Positions 1 to 21,083 of a stretch of 64,000 nucleotides of DNA are shown one piece after another; position 1 is the stretch's first letter, and each line of letters starts with the position of its first letter. The notes under the pieces were generated by a model, which saw only the letters and a list, made by a program, of their open reading frames with translations, made no database searches and had not been told where the DNA came from. Origin of the DNA: Ancylonema sp. (lineage: Eukaryota); NCBI GenBank assembly GCA_050230475.1, contig JBFLGF010000011.1, positions 1 through 64,000 on the forward strand. Direction: 5' to 3'. The position numbers and the translations under genes were made by a program.

Positions 1-1364
1 TTCGATCTGAGTGACAAATTCTGCAGCTGAAGTTCGAAAACGATTTTTGATGGTAGTAATGAACAGTTCCAGTTCTGTTGGTTCTGTTGCCGATACTCTG
101 GGTTTGATCGGTGCATGTTGTCCATCCAGTCTACCTTGCAGACGATAATATGCGACATTGGAATTATGTTCGCGATACATGTCTCGAATATCTTCCGTAG
201 TAGTAGTACCACGGTTATCACGTACACCTGTTGCCATTCTCGATGGGCATCTCTTTTCATATACTGACCCGCAGCAAGTACTGAGTCCTACTGTACATGC
301 CTCATACGTTGTGCGCGTTGTTGAGTTCGGTCTAACTATCTCAAACTATCGATGAACTCGTCTTGTTTGACACCACTTTCTCCAGTATAGGTTGGTAATG
401 GCATTGGGTTTGCCATGGAAGATTATGTCCCACCTTTTATCGTGTGTCGATAAATTGATGTTGTTACAGCGCTTGGTGGCGTTGTAATTGGAACAGTAGT
501 CGATGGTCCAGCCACAGGTGCTGTGGTGTCGACGATGTGGTCATCTGTGTCAATAATCAGAACAAGTTTCAAGTTAATGGAGCCTGTAGGTAAGCGTTCC
601 AAAGAATGTTATGGTTCAGATGTAGAACGTGTCAATTTGTTGGGTTCAAATTTTAATTCTACTTGGGTTGTAGAATCGTTATCGAAAAGAGTGTTGGCAA
701 ATGGAATGCCAAATATTGACAGCTGGTGCAGCTGGATTGTCAATATTAGTATCAATGTTATCAACAACTGGTGTGGCTGGTGATTCAATATTAATTATAT
801 CAATGTCCGGTGATCGTGGACAGTTATTGTCGACAGCTGGTGCAGCTGGTCGATCGACAATTTCAGCAGCTTTAGTTATCTCCAGTTTGGTTAATCTCCC
901 TCTACTATCTCGTAACCACTGCATGCACTCCTCTTGCGAGCACATCGAATTCAAAATAATAGAAGTAAAGTTGTCTTAAAAAAAAATTAAAAAAAATCAG
1001 GCAATTTACCTTTTCTGACTTTAAACTGTTGATAATTCAAGGTCTTCCGCGGTCGGATTGAAGTAGAATTACAGATTGAGTCTCTGCTGAGATATCAATA
1101 TTATATCTATCACACGTCTCAGCGGTCTGGTGAATTCACTACTTAACGCCGAGGGCGAGCTAACAGATGGTCTATAGTACAAAAGTCTGTGAAAATACTA
1201 TAAAGCAAACCAAGGTAGTCTGGAGCAGACTATCGAGGTTAGCTGGAGCAGACTATCAAGGTTAGCAGCCGTAAGTCGACGGCGCGTCGATAAAAGATGC
1301 TGGCTCAAAAAGAGCGTCAGCACACAGGTGTTTACAACAAATGCTGGCTCGGAGCGAGCGACAC

Positions 1365-1398
<34 letters not shown>

Positions 1399-2225
1399 TG
1401 AAAGGGCCGGTTCGGAACGAACGCAGGCAAATCGACAGATATCAAAAACACACACGCACGCTTGCTGGCTCAGAGAGAGCGTCAGCGAATCGATGTAAGA
1501 AATTACAATCGATTAACAAGCTGGCTCAGAAAGAGCGTCAGCAACAGATTCAGATGAATCAAATAAAAATACACACACACACAAATTGCAAAGAATGATT
1601 TGCAATCTTACCGGCTGGCTAACGGATGTCAGACTGAGTCGGAAGACGAGCACGTTGCGAAGTCGCGTAAGCGAAGGAACGCAATATTCAGAGAATTGCG
1701 AAGGATTCAGATAACACAGAAGATTGTTGAAGGGATTTCTTTTAACAACGCAATCTGACAGCGGAAGCTGGCAGATCTGAAAGTACAAATTTCTTTTATC
1801 ACAAAAGTTGTTGCGCGGTGCTAACCGGCATAGTTAACTAGAGTTAATATATCGAAGATCACGACAGGCTGGATTCTATAACATTACAATTCATCTCGGC
1901 GCTCCGATGAAAGCGGCGCGAAATAATACTCTAGTTCTACGGCTGGACTTATTCGCCGGGATTATCGACAAGTCGAAAGTGACTTGTGATTTTAACAAAA
2001 TCGACACGCAGCCATTTGTTGAAGACTGCTGGATTCTAGACTTCGGAAAATACGCCACGCGTTATTTTCAAGTCGTACAAATTTTGTACTTCACTATTTT
2101 TCTAGCAAAGTATTGATTCTAGAAAATCGTTATATCGAATACTCTCGTTATAGCAGAGTATTAATCTAAAGGGGTTTTTGATCAACTAGAGGGGTTTCGC
2201 CTTAGCGATCTCTAGCGTCATGACA
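1..2225 (-). mobile_element. Degenerate LTR retrotransposon 5' part (probable Ty3/Gypsy): putative 5' LTR/leader plus frameshifted gag-like region, continuing past the window start
   Basis: The minus strand starts TGTCATGAC at 2225, exactly where Copia RT/RNase H homology stops. From ~416 it reads MANPMPLPTYTGESGVKQDEFIDS, then after frameshifts LELFITTIKNRFRTSAAEFVTQIE, which is gag-like. The PBS and inner LTR boundary were not found. Confidence 0.4.
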
Positions 2226-3157
2226 CAAATGCAAGTCATTGCGATGATTCTGACAGTAGGAGGGGGCGTGCTGGGTATGTGTTTTTTAGTGGTGGGGCGG
2301 CAGTCAGCTGAAAGAGCAGTATGTTGGAGACGGTTACTCATTCCAGCTATGAGTATGAGTATTTAGCTTTGAGTGCACCAAGAAATGAGGCTATCTATCT
2401 CAGTGAGATGCACAAGGAGTTGGGAATTGCTGGTGAAGGGGGTGTCTTGTTGTTGGGAGATACTGAGAGCTCCATAAAGCTGGCAGAAAACCCTGTGTTT
2501 CACAAGAGGTCTAAGCACAATGAAATAAAATATCATTCGATCAAGGAGAGGGTTGCAAAGAATAAAATTGAGTCGAGATTTGTGAGAAGTGAGGAGCAGG
2601 CTGCAGACATGCTTACAAAAGCAGTGTCCGTAAAGGTGTTGAACGTCAACTGTGCACTTGTTGGTTTAGTTCACGAGGAGTAGGGAACTTGTGAAAAATC
2701 GATATTGTTGCTTATCATTTTTGGGGGGGGGTGGAAGTTCCCAAGGAGGGGGTGCTAGTTTTTAGGGTCTGTGAACTTTTGTCGGTGTCTCGATTTTAGG
2801 GCTTGTTCGGAAGTTAAGTTTTTAGTTTTGTCGATTTTGTCGTTTTGCCCGTCGATATGATTCCGATGTTAGTTTTGGCCATCCTGCAGTTTGTCGATAA
2901 GTTTTAGATGATGTGGTACAATACTTGAATACGATTGGTGTTGACTAGTAGTTCTGATCGATAGAGATCTTTGACTAGGAGGGGGCATGGATCACACTCG
3001 ATTGTACTCAGTTAGGGCTTGCACGCATAATTATGCGATAAATCAATCTATCTCAAACTTGCACTTTTATTGTGTGTAGTTGTAAAGCTGTGAATGTTTG
3101 TTTCAAGGGTGTGAAGACTGTTACTTCTTGCATCGATGGCACAAGATAGCAGCAACA
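2226..3157 (+). mobile_element. Ty1/Copia 3' fragment: RT end/RNase H, PPT and 3' LTR (2753-3157)
   Basis: Reads NASHCDDSDSRRGRAGYVFFSGGAAVS*KSSMLETVTHSSYEYEYLAL...GDTESSIKLAENPVFHKRSKH...ADMLTK. PPT AGGAGGGGG precedes TG at 2753. The LTR ends AGCAACA and both LTR ends resemble the LTR of the 57.3-62.7 kb Copia. Confidence 0.9.
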
Positions 3158-4017
3158 AAATTAGGAGACATTTATCCTTGAAATACATGAGAGGCGCATG
3201 TTTCACCAAAACATGTGCAATTGATTTATTCATTTTGTTCGTGCGAGAATGGGGCATTCATTAATAGACCCACTCTTCTCATCTTCACTCGTCTCTAAAT
3301 TTGATTGAATTCGCACAGCTTTTTATCAATCTTTACTCTTTTTCGTTTTTACCAGTCCCAAAAACGGATCAACCGGGGCTTCCGTTTTTACTTGAGTATG
3401 GTAATTAAAAAAGTGGAATGCTACTAACGAATGCAATAATTAAACCCAAGAAACAATGATTCACACAATAGCAATTTAATGAGTCCCACTTTTACTTATA
3501 TTCATAGTTTTCCTACTCCTACTCCTAACTTGAACTTGGACGGTCGGATGAGGTTTACTAGCGAGAATGAAGATGATTTTTGCCACGCGATGTAGTATCG
3601 AACAAATTTCACTTTCGCTATTTCACTTTCAAACGACGTGAACCTCGCTATGTTGTTTGCCTCCGAAAAGCCAGCCATACCCGCAATTTCATACCGAAAA
3701 TCAATACAAGTTCCAAATTTAGCGTATTTTTAAGCGTATTTCAACGTATTGATACGTTGGGAGCACAACACGCGTATTTAGCGTATGATAACTCAGCGTA
3801 TTGTGCGTATTGTGCAACCCAGCCTACAACTCCATACTTATATAAAACGAAAAGAAAAACATTACGACTTCTACACCCACAATTTTTGTTCTATTTTTAC
3901 ACCCATAACACTCTTCACTGTCTGCACCACCTTAAATAACCCCCTTCTCCCCACTTCCCACTCCTCACTTGTCACTCCCCAAAAATCCTTCCTCACTCCG
4001 AATAACACACTTCCAAG

Positions 4018-5105
4018 CATAGTTGCACGGACCGGCAACATTGGATATTCGGACCGCGGTCGGACCGGGTCCCGAGTTGGGACCCGGTCGGACCGGGGAA
4101 CTTTTAGGGTTTCTTTGCCAGACATTATTTTTCAATTTTTTTTCCTGTACCTCACACATGTGATATATGTGTCCCTTGTGGCTTGCGAGTTGTATCGAAT
4201 TAAAGAAAATAAATATTATAAATCGCATGTTCATATCCAACCGTCCCTTGATTGAGATGGTGAAATTCAAAATTGACAAAATGGCAGAAATTGTGGTGTA
4301 AGTTGGTACTTGGAAGTGTGTTAGTTGGAGAGAGGAAATATTTTCGGCGGGTGACAAGTGAGAAGTGGAAATTTGGGAGAGGGGGGGGTGGTGTAGACAC
4401 TCTAGAGTGCTTTGGGTGTAAAAATAGAAAAGAATGTGTGGGTGTAGAAGTCCCTTTTCTTTTCCCGTTTTATAGAAGTATGGAGTACATGCAAGAATAT
4501 ATTTTGATAAGGTAAGTAAATTGTAGATAGGCAAGTTACCCATTTATTTATGTAGAATATGAAAGTGAGAGGTGAGGAATATATTTGTAAGGTGGAGAGA
4601 AGTTTGAACACAAGGTTTTGCGCGTGGAAAACGAATCCCGATGATGTTTGATATAGGTGTTTCTAATTTTATTTAAATTTATGATACGGTGACCCTTCGT
4701 CACATTTTTTTAATCCTCACATGAGCATCACTTTAAAATTACATTGTAACCTCTGGGAAATGAAAAAATGAAGAGTACTTGTATAACCATTCCAAATTAC
4801 CTAAAACATTTTCCCGAGTGATATCTTTCGAAAGTGGTGAAAACGGCTACCTACAATGATGCATTGCAGGTTTTAATCACTTGTATGCTAGGTCAAACAT
4901 TTTTTTGACATTTTCATAAGATGTGAAATAGCATTGTACCCAAGAAAAAAATACTCCCGGAGTTTTTTCTCCACGGAAAACACCTTAAAACCCCCAAAAA
5001 TCGTTATTACGCTAAGCAGCCGGTCCGGTTTTTTTACCCAAAAGGACGGACCTCGGTCCGGAGTCGGGACCTCGGGACCCCGGTCCGCCTGTCCGTGCAA
5101 CTATG
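4018..5105. mobile_element. Non-autonomous hAT element/MITE, 1088 bp
   Basis: TIR CATAGTTGCACGGAC...GTCCGTGCAACTATG. Perfect 8-bp TSD CTTCCAAG at 4010-4017 and 5106-5113. Subterminal GGACCG/CGGTCC motifs, no transposase ORF. Confidence 0.93.
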
Positions 5106-5336
5106 CTTCCAAGTACCAACTTACACCAAAATTTCAGCCATTTTGTCAATTATGAATTTCACCATCTCAATCAATGGATGGTTGGATATGAACCTGCTAT
5201 TTTATATTTTTATGTTTTTAAAATTTCGCTACAATTTCGCAAGCCACAAATGACGCATTTATATCACACGTGTGAGGTACACAAAAAAAATGAAGCCGCA
5301 CGTCCTTTTTCCCCGCGGAAAATTTGCCTGGCAAAA

Positions 5337-6459
5337 CATAGCTGCACGGACCAGCGGACCGGGGTCCCCAGGTCCCGACTCCGGACCGAGGTCCGTCCTG
5401 TTGGGTCAAAAATCCGGACGGGCTGTTTAGGGTAATATCGCTTTTTGTGGGTTTTAAGGTGATTTCCTTGGAGAAAAAACTCCGGAAGTATTTTTTTCGC
5501 GACTAAAATCATGTTTCTCATCTTGTAGAAATATCCAAAAAAAAAAAAAGACCTTTCAAATAAGTAATTAAAACCTGCAATGCATCATTGTAGATATCGT
5601 TTTTCGCCGCTTTCGAAAGATATCACGTGAGAAAATGCTCTAGGTCATTTGGATTGGTTGTAAGTGCTCCATACATTTTCATGTTCCATAAGTTACAATG
5701 TAATTCTGAAATGATGCTCATGTGAGGCTCAAAAAAATGTGATGAAGAGTCATTGTATCATGGAATTAAATAAAATTAGAAACACACATATGAAATATCA
5801 TCCTGGAATTTTTTTTCCACGCTCACAATCTTGTATTCAAACTTCTTTCCACCATGCAAATACATTCCTCACTTCTCACTTTCCTATTCTACATAAATAA
5901 ATGGGTAACTTCCCTATCTAAAATATACTTACCGTATCAACATCTATCCTTGCCTACAACTCCATACTCATATAAAACGGAAAGAAAAACATTACGACTT
6001 CTACACCCACAATTTTTGTTCTATTTTTACCCCGATAACACTCTTCACTGTCTACAACACCTTTATAAACCCCTCTCTCCCCACTTCCCACTCCTAACTT
6101 GTCACTCCCCAATAATATTTCCTCACTCCGAATAACACACTTCCAAGTACCAACTTACACCAAAATTTCAGCCTTTTTGTCAATTTTGACCATCGCAATC
6201 AATGGACGGTTGGATATGAATAATATATTTTATTTTATTTATCTTGGTAATTTTGCTACAACATCGCAAGCCATTAATGACACATGTGTATCACACATGT
6301 GAGGTACATAAAAAAAATGAAGCACCACGACCAATTTCCCCGCGGAAAATTTGTCTGGCAAAAAAAAACCTAAAAGTTCCCTTGTCCGACCGGGTGCCGA
6401 CTCGGGACCCGGTCCGACCGCGGTCCGAAAATCCAATGTTGCCGGTCCGTGCAACTATG
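5337..6459. mobile_element. Non-autonomous hAT element/MITE, 1123 bp, same family, opposite orientation to 4018-5105
   Basis: TIR CATAGCTGCACGGAC...GTCCGTGCAACTATG. Perfect 8-bp TSD TGGCAAAA at 5329-5336 and 6460-6467. Confidence 0.93.
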
Positions 6460-6535
6460 TGGCAAAAAGACCCTAAAAGTTCCCCGGGCCAACCGCGGTC
6501 CGAAAATCCAATGTTGTCGGTCCGTGCAAATATTG

Positions 6536-6742
6536 ATTGAACTAACAAGTCAACACCAATCGTATTCAAGTATTGTGCTAAGTCACCTAATCTTATCGAC
6601 ACCTTGCCTACTCTTATCGACGCACTGCCAGGTGGCCCGAAGTAATCATATCGACATGCAAAACTACAAAATCGACAAATTTAAACTTAGGCACTAAAAT
6701 CGATACGAAAGACAGAAGTTCACAAACCCTCAAAAACAAACA
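6536..6742 (-). mobile_element. Partial Copia LTR related to the 2753-3157 LTR
   Basis: Minus strand begins TGTTTGTTTTTGAGGGTTTGTGAACTT at 6742. GTCAACACCAATCGTATTCAAGTATTGT is the reverse complement of ~2918-2945. Confidence 0.7.
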
Positions 6743-7557
6743 TTATCTACAATTTGGATCGTTTATTTTTCATCGACGACAGTCGATTATTACAAGTCAT
6801 CACAAGTGGATTGCATACAAGTTATAAAGTGCAACGTTGGATCAACAACTCTTAATGTATAACCAAATATAATCCAAGTCTCTAGCGGGGGCGGAGGCTG
6901 GCAACTTGGAGCTCGTGGAAAACGACAAGCGGGGCCGGAGTTGTAGCGAGGCGGTACTCAGACTTGGGCGCGGATAAGACTTATTATGAGGGAGAGATTT
7001 ATAAAGTATTAAGGGTAATGCTCGAAAGATATCAGATGTTGATACATTGATGTGACTTATAGACATGGCATGCACATTATTTCAACGAGTTGCTCTTTAG
7101 TATGTTTCAATGTACGAATCAGTGATGAGAAGTGACCCGATTTGTTGGATGTACAACAATGGGTGTGATTATTTTCTGCAACTAAGATGAATCTACAAGT
7201 AGGTTGGCCCTCCTCCGTTTCACACCAACCAATAGCACTAACACTTTTTCTTTTTCGTACAAAAATTAGCAAGTACCGCCCAAACCACAGCTGACGAGAC
7301 CCTCATCATCTCCTAGAATACCTTCATGCGTGAAACATGAAAGCTTTGTATTCCGTTCCTCACCCATCCGACCAATCACATACACTTTTCTCCACATCAT
7401 TATCTCAAGCACAAGACAGAAGTCTAGAGTGAAACCCCTTTCCACACCCCACACTACTCCTTGCATCCTCTTGCAACGTGAAAAATATTGCTCGTCTCTC
7501 AACGTGTCTCAGTGACATACCCATCAGGTTCCCTTCGTCCTTCCTTGCCCCCCCCCC

Positions 7558-13300
<5,743 letters not shown>

Positions 13301-13958
13301 AACGAAAAGCAAACCCTCTGCTGCTCTTCCGCGGAGTATACGGGCCCGCTGGCCTGTGAAGCAGCTGAGACAGTTGTAGGAGCTCGTTATGGCCTTCCTA
13401 TCCTGCGAATCCTCGCGTTCCGGATGCGACCGTGTCGGAAAGGCCCGCACCAGTCAAGGCAGAAGCACCACTGCAATCGGAAGGCGCAGGAGGAGAAGAA
13501 GTTGGTCGGGCGCGCCAAACGGAGAACTGGAAACGCCAATTCATCAAACGCATTGCATTTCTTGGTCAAACCTTGCCAGCTCAGCATATTGAGTGGAAAT
13601 TTGTTTCCGTGCCAATGGGAATGCCAGGTCAATCTTTATATATCGAAATGATTGGTCAAGTGTCACTTCGGCACGTGTCTGGAGCTCGTCACGTCTAAAT
13701 TAGCGTGGCTATTTCGCACATCACCTGAAAGAAGGTCATCATTTATTTTGCTGCGACACCGACATACATCCCGCCATAATTTATATCAGCTTCCCTAAGC
13801 CGCGTACAGCGAAAAGCGCTGAGGACTTAGAGGAGGGGTCAGAAGCCCAACTACCTTCTTTCGCAGCACGAGTACACGAATTTTTTACTGTGACAGGCAT
13901 ATTTTGAAGAATACCAGGTCCCTTGAAGTCAAGTTTAGCGGGTAGGCAGGCAGCCACG
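13301..13958. promoter_or_regulatory. Probable bidirectional promoter region between SEC23 and GRXS17
   Basis: Divergent ATGs 658 bp apart, with CACGTG (13671), CCAAT motifs and TATA-like TTTATATA (13635) and TTTATAT (13780). Function is inferred. Confidence 0.5.
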
Positions 13959-16323
13959 ATGACTCTAGTAAGCGTGAAAACGAAGGAGGAGTTTGATGCT
14001 GCAGTACAAGGTGCCGCACGTGCGGCGGTGCACTTCTGGGCCACGTGGTGCGAACCTTGCACGCACATGGACTCTGTATTCGCTCAGCTGGCCTCTGAGA
14101 ATCCTGGCGAAAAGTTTCTGCGAGTAAGTTGGTTGCACTCTAGATCCAATTTCTATATCGAACGTTTTGCTAAAAGGCCGGTGAGCAGTCCATGGCTGCC
14201 CCAGTTTTGGTGCCGTCAAATAGATCGCATCATTTCAGCCTGCTCTTTTCATTCATTTCAAACCAATAAGAAAAATACCGAGTGAATCTGCCACTTTGAT
14301 ATTGAGGAAGATACTGGCCCTGTGCGTCGTCGGTTCGGAATTTTGTGGAGCATGTAAAATCAACATGAGTGCGGCGTTTCGTTATTCCACTCCATGCCAT
14401 TTCAGATTGGCTTTCAGATTGGCTTTGAACTTTTGAATCAGAAAATTAGACGTCTTTTAGTTTCAGTTTATTGTCTACACGTGTATCGAAAAGTACAACT
14501 TTGGAGATGCATGTTCACGCCCCATGCATATGAATCTGTACCGATTGCAATAATATCTAGTAGCTCTTCAGATTTACAATACCATGCTGTCGATGCATGC
14601 CAGCAAGTTATCACGACTTCGGTTCTACAAATTCTTTCCACCAGGGACAGAAGTCGCATGAATCAGAACCATTACAGCTACATACTGCCAACCCTCCCTC
14701 TTAAGGCAACCCTTTTGTAAATGCACACCCTCTATACAGGCACTATATTATACTGGGCCAGTAGGATTCTTTAATCCGCCAACGGCTCTGAATACTTCTC
14801 GTCTCTGCCATGTCTTTTTGTGTTGACAGGTGGAGGCTGAGGAGCTGCCAGATATTTCAGAAAAATACAATGTCACAGCTGTTCCTTTCTTCCTTTTTTT
14901 CAAGGTATGCCGCCCCTTCTGGTCTGTAAATTCCATGAGCAGCTCCAGGTTTTGACTGCAGGAGTGGTGAACAAAGCTTTTGACATGTACCCACTGAGAC
15001 GGAAAGAGGAGACATGCAAATAAGGGCAATGAGGAAATGGTCGCAGTTCAGACTTATGTACAAGATAAGTTTGTTTCTTCTATTTTGGGATTTCCTGAAG
15101 CAGGGCTATGTCCGTGGCAGTCTAGATCGAACAGCTATGGCCGAGACAAATTAGAGGGGGAACCTCTGAGAAGAGGATGAGTCTGAGTCGGTCCCCTCTG
15201 TTTCCTTCCAGGATGGTGCTGCAGTCGACCGCCTGGAGGGCGCAGACCCTTCCGCCCTCGCTCTCAAGGTCACCCGCCACGTGTCCTCCCCTGGTCTCGC
15301 CTCCACCCCCGCCCCCCACCCGGGTCCCTCCTCCTCTGGCGCCGCCGCCACGCCAGCCGTCCTCGAGGAGGTCCTGACAGCCACTCAGAAGGCGACAGGT
15401 GTCCCTGCGTTAACCCCTGGGCTCAGGAAGAGACTGGAAATTCTCGTCAAGTCTTCCCCCGTGGTCCTCTTCCTGAAAGGCACTGCAGAGGCCCCCAGGT
15501 GCGGGTTCAGCTCCAAGGTGGTGGGGGTGCTGGAAAAGGAGGGGGTGGGGTTTGGGGAGGTGGATATTTTGAGCGACCCGGAGGTGCGGGCAGGGATGAA
15601 AGAGTTCTCTGATTGGCCCACGTTCCCCCAGCTGTACTGCAACGGGGAGCTGGTGGGGGGGTGCGATATTGTGATGGAAATGGCGGCCAGTGGGGAGCTT
15701 CGGGAGCTTTTTCGGGAGGGGGGGGTTGTGCCAAATGCTGGCGGGGGGGAGGGGTCTGGGAATGGGGCGGCCAATGGAGAGGTGCCAGGTGGCGTTGGTT
15801 TACAGGAGCGGCTGAAGAAGCTGGTGGAGTCGAATGAGACAATGCTTTTCATGAAGGTGTTTTTCTCGTTTTTTTTTTTTTTTTTTTTTTCCCCTGCCCC
15901 GCCCCCCCCCCTACATATAAATAGGTCGGAGGCCCACAAGGCTACCCACGCCAAAAAACAGACCGATAAGGAAAAAAAGATGACAGTGAAAGCGTACAAC
16001 TTCTTCTTACCACTGTGCATAAAGTGCAGTGATGTAGGTCTTAAACCTGACATGTTTTTTAGGTTTATTTTGAGGTTCAGGGACGTCCGGACGCTCCCCG
16101 CTGCGGGTTTAGCAAGAAAGTGGTGGCGGCGTTGAGAAAAGAGGGGGTGGAATTCGGCAGTTTTGATATCTTGGGGGACGAGGCGGTACGACAGGGAATG
16201 AAGGACTTCTCTGATTGGCCGACCTTCCCTCAACTGTATCATGGGGGGGAGTTTGTGGGAGGATGCGATATTGTGTTGGAAATGAGCGGGCAGGGGGAGT
16301 TGAAAGAGGCTTTAGGAGGCTGA
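13959..16323 (+). CDS. GRXS17: Multidomain monothiol glutaredoxin (Trx + 2 CGFS Grx domains), ~375 aa; exons 13959-14123, 14830-14904, 15212-15856, 16081-16323
   Basis: VHFWATWCEPC, VEAEELPDISEKYNVTAVPFFLFFKDG, LEGADP. Two copies of LF(L/M)KG...PRCGFS...FSDWPTFPQLY..GE(L/F)VGGCDIV. GT-AG introns in phase 0. Confidence 0.95.
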
Positions 16324-17806
16324 AGCATCGTCTGTTTTTTGTTTCAATTTGAATTTGAGATGAGTGCAGGTGCCAAAGCATGGAGGCTCATTTTATTTCC
16401 ATCACCTTCTCTAGTTTCCCTATATTTTAATTTTAATTGGATGTTTATGGAGATCCTTCTCCTTTTTTTCCCTCTTCTAGATAATCATGTGATAATCATG
16501 TGATAATCATGTGATGATAAGTATTGTTTCTGATGATTGTGACCGATTGATCTGACAGCGTCATATGACCCAAATCATGCAGTCCACGCAATGGTCCCCT
16601 GGGATGCTATTTGCACTTCGGTGTCAACGCACGTGAAGTTTGGAGTAGTCAACACAAATGAGGGGGTGGCATGCAAGACGAATATTTGTCACATCTCATG
16701 GATATTCGGACCATCGTAGTATACTAGTGTGAAACCAATGAGTCTCACAGCTGAGAAAATTTTTCCGGTAATGCATGCATCTCCTTTAGATCATTCAACT
16801 CCTTGGTACCTAATTGTACAAGTACAACCTTGAGTTCAAATGAATGAAGGTAGGAATAATAATATGGATGTGGGGCTAAGTTTTTTGTTTTTTGCTTAAC
16901 CATTCAAGAAGAGTATGCTTGTTTTTGTTTTTCATGTTGAGCTCTGTGATATTCGGTAAGGGTATTTCGCCTTCACTACCTGATTATGACTCCAGTCGTC
17001 TTAGGGTCTTTACGTAGTCGTGCTTCAACATCGGTAGTCAACTTCTAAGTTGACAACTTTGTCGAGGGTTTCTAGTGTGGTGCTCGTGTTAATAATATTG
17101 TTGGAGTGTATTGAAGGTGCCAAATCGTATATGTGAAGGCTCGTGATGGAGTGATGGATTCGTCTTTTTACACCAACGGAAAATAATGTGTCAGCAAAGA
17201 CCGATCCGCTTCCCATTGTTGGCAACAAAGATCAAAGATGCCCTGAGAAGGTCGTCGCAGTGCTATGTGCTTACACGCTCATTGGCTGCACTTGATACAT
17301 GGTCTTATTGGCCTCGCCGTGCCCATGGGCTCATTGCGCTCACCAGTGAGCGACAACCAGCACAGTGTCGACGAGCATTGTAATGAATACAAAATACGTC
17401 ATGTGAACATGTAAACTGGTGTTGCACGTGTGGGATTTCGAAGTACGATTTCGAAATACAAACTCTCGCCAATAAAGAATGTTGTTACACTTTTTTTTTT
17501 TTTTAAAGGTTTTGTGATTATCCTTGAGTAACGAGCATGTGCGATAACCACGTTTTCTTGCTTTCGTGGCAAGGGTGGAAAGTCTCACATTTAGTACATT
17601 TGTTAACACACCAGAGGTAGTACATTTGAGGTTCAAAAACCCGAGAACTCACGTGTAACACAGACCAGAGAACGTAACAACGCCACAGTCTCCTCACAGA
17701 CTACCATTGATATCATTCATTCGTGGTAAGTATGTCGACTTTTTACATGAACAAAGACTTGACAACATAGATATTGACCTAGAATATGCTATTTTCTAGT
17801 ATGCAC

Positions 17807-20239
<2,433 letters not shown>

Positions 20240-20709
20240 ATTGGAAGTGATAGCGGAATGCCGGGAATATATACTCTGGCCAGATGCGAAGAGATGCGAA
20301 GCTAACAAGAAAACATCGAAGAGATGCGAAGCTGCCGAAGGTAGTATCTGTCTAGTCACGTGTGGCGGTGTGTGGCGGTGTGTCGGACGACTGGTCAATG
20401 TCGGGTGGCGCTCGTTACGGCCTGCTGGAGATTTGATTCGTTAACTTCGCTGGAGCGATGGTAGGCCGACACGATGGACAGGGTAGGTATGCCCTTCGTA
20501 TATATGTCACCAGATCCTGCGGTCCCCGACCACCTGTGAGTTATCAGACGTGGTTGTGTCGATCCAGTCCGTCCTTTTCTCTAGGCTGCAGCACCCTGCC
20601 TCCGGAACGTTCCATAATCTCCACCAATGGGCATGTGACATGTGGTAAATGACAGACCTCACCGTCAAACTTCTTTTCAGATGACCGGGGATCGTTGAAT
20701 CAACTTTTG

Positions 20710-21051
20710 CATAGATATACCCGCCCGCGGGCGAGGATCTTTTCGCTCGCCTGCGCCCGCGGGCGCCGCGCCGCCCGAATTTCAGGATTTCAAAAAAGCA
20801 AGTTCAAAAAAGCATAGCTACTAGACGTTTTACGATATTCTTACCAAAAAAAAAGTTTCGTGTAGAGGAAATGATGCAGTTGATATTAATACTTTTTATT
20901 TTTTTATTTCGATCAACATGGAGTTGTAAAAACTGAAAACAGCAGAACCCTAAGAAAGCTCTATATACCCGCACGCCACGTGAACATTCCCGCCCGCGTT
21001 CCGCCCGCGGGCGCCACCCGGCGGAAATTTTGACGGGCTTGTACATCTATG
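20710..21051. mobile_element. hAT-type MITE, 342 bp
   Basis: TIR CATAGATATAC...GTACATCTATG. Perfect 8-bp TSD AACTTTTG at 20702-20709 and 21052-21059. Subterminal CGCCCGCGGGCG motifs; a related end lies at ~48880-48972. Confidence 0.92.
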
Positions 21052-21083
21052 AACTTTTGGGGGGCAAGCGTATGGAATCCTTA

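Larger units (their letters stand above)
3822..6535. mobile_element. Host copy of a ~1.1 kb non-autonomous hAT family (left end missing), split by two insertions of the same family
   Basis: Segments 3822-4017, 5114-5336 and 6468-6535 join into a sequence colinear with 5953-6459. It ends in a degenerate TIR GTCCGTGCAAATATTG. Confidence 0.8.

Noticed and set aside
1298..1632. CRISPR-like repeat/spacer appearance
   Set aside because: Repeats are degenerate, spacers are low-complexity and related, the context is eukaryotic and there are no cas genes.
15385..16242. 285-aa minus-strand ORF
   Set aside because: Antisense shadow of GRXS17 exons.
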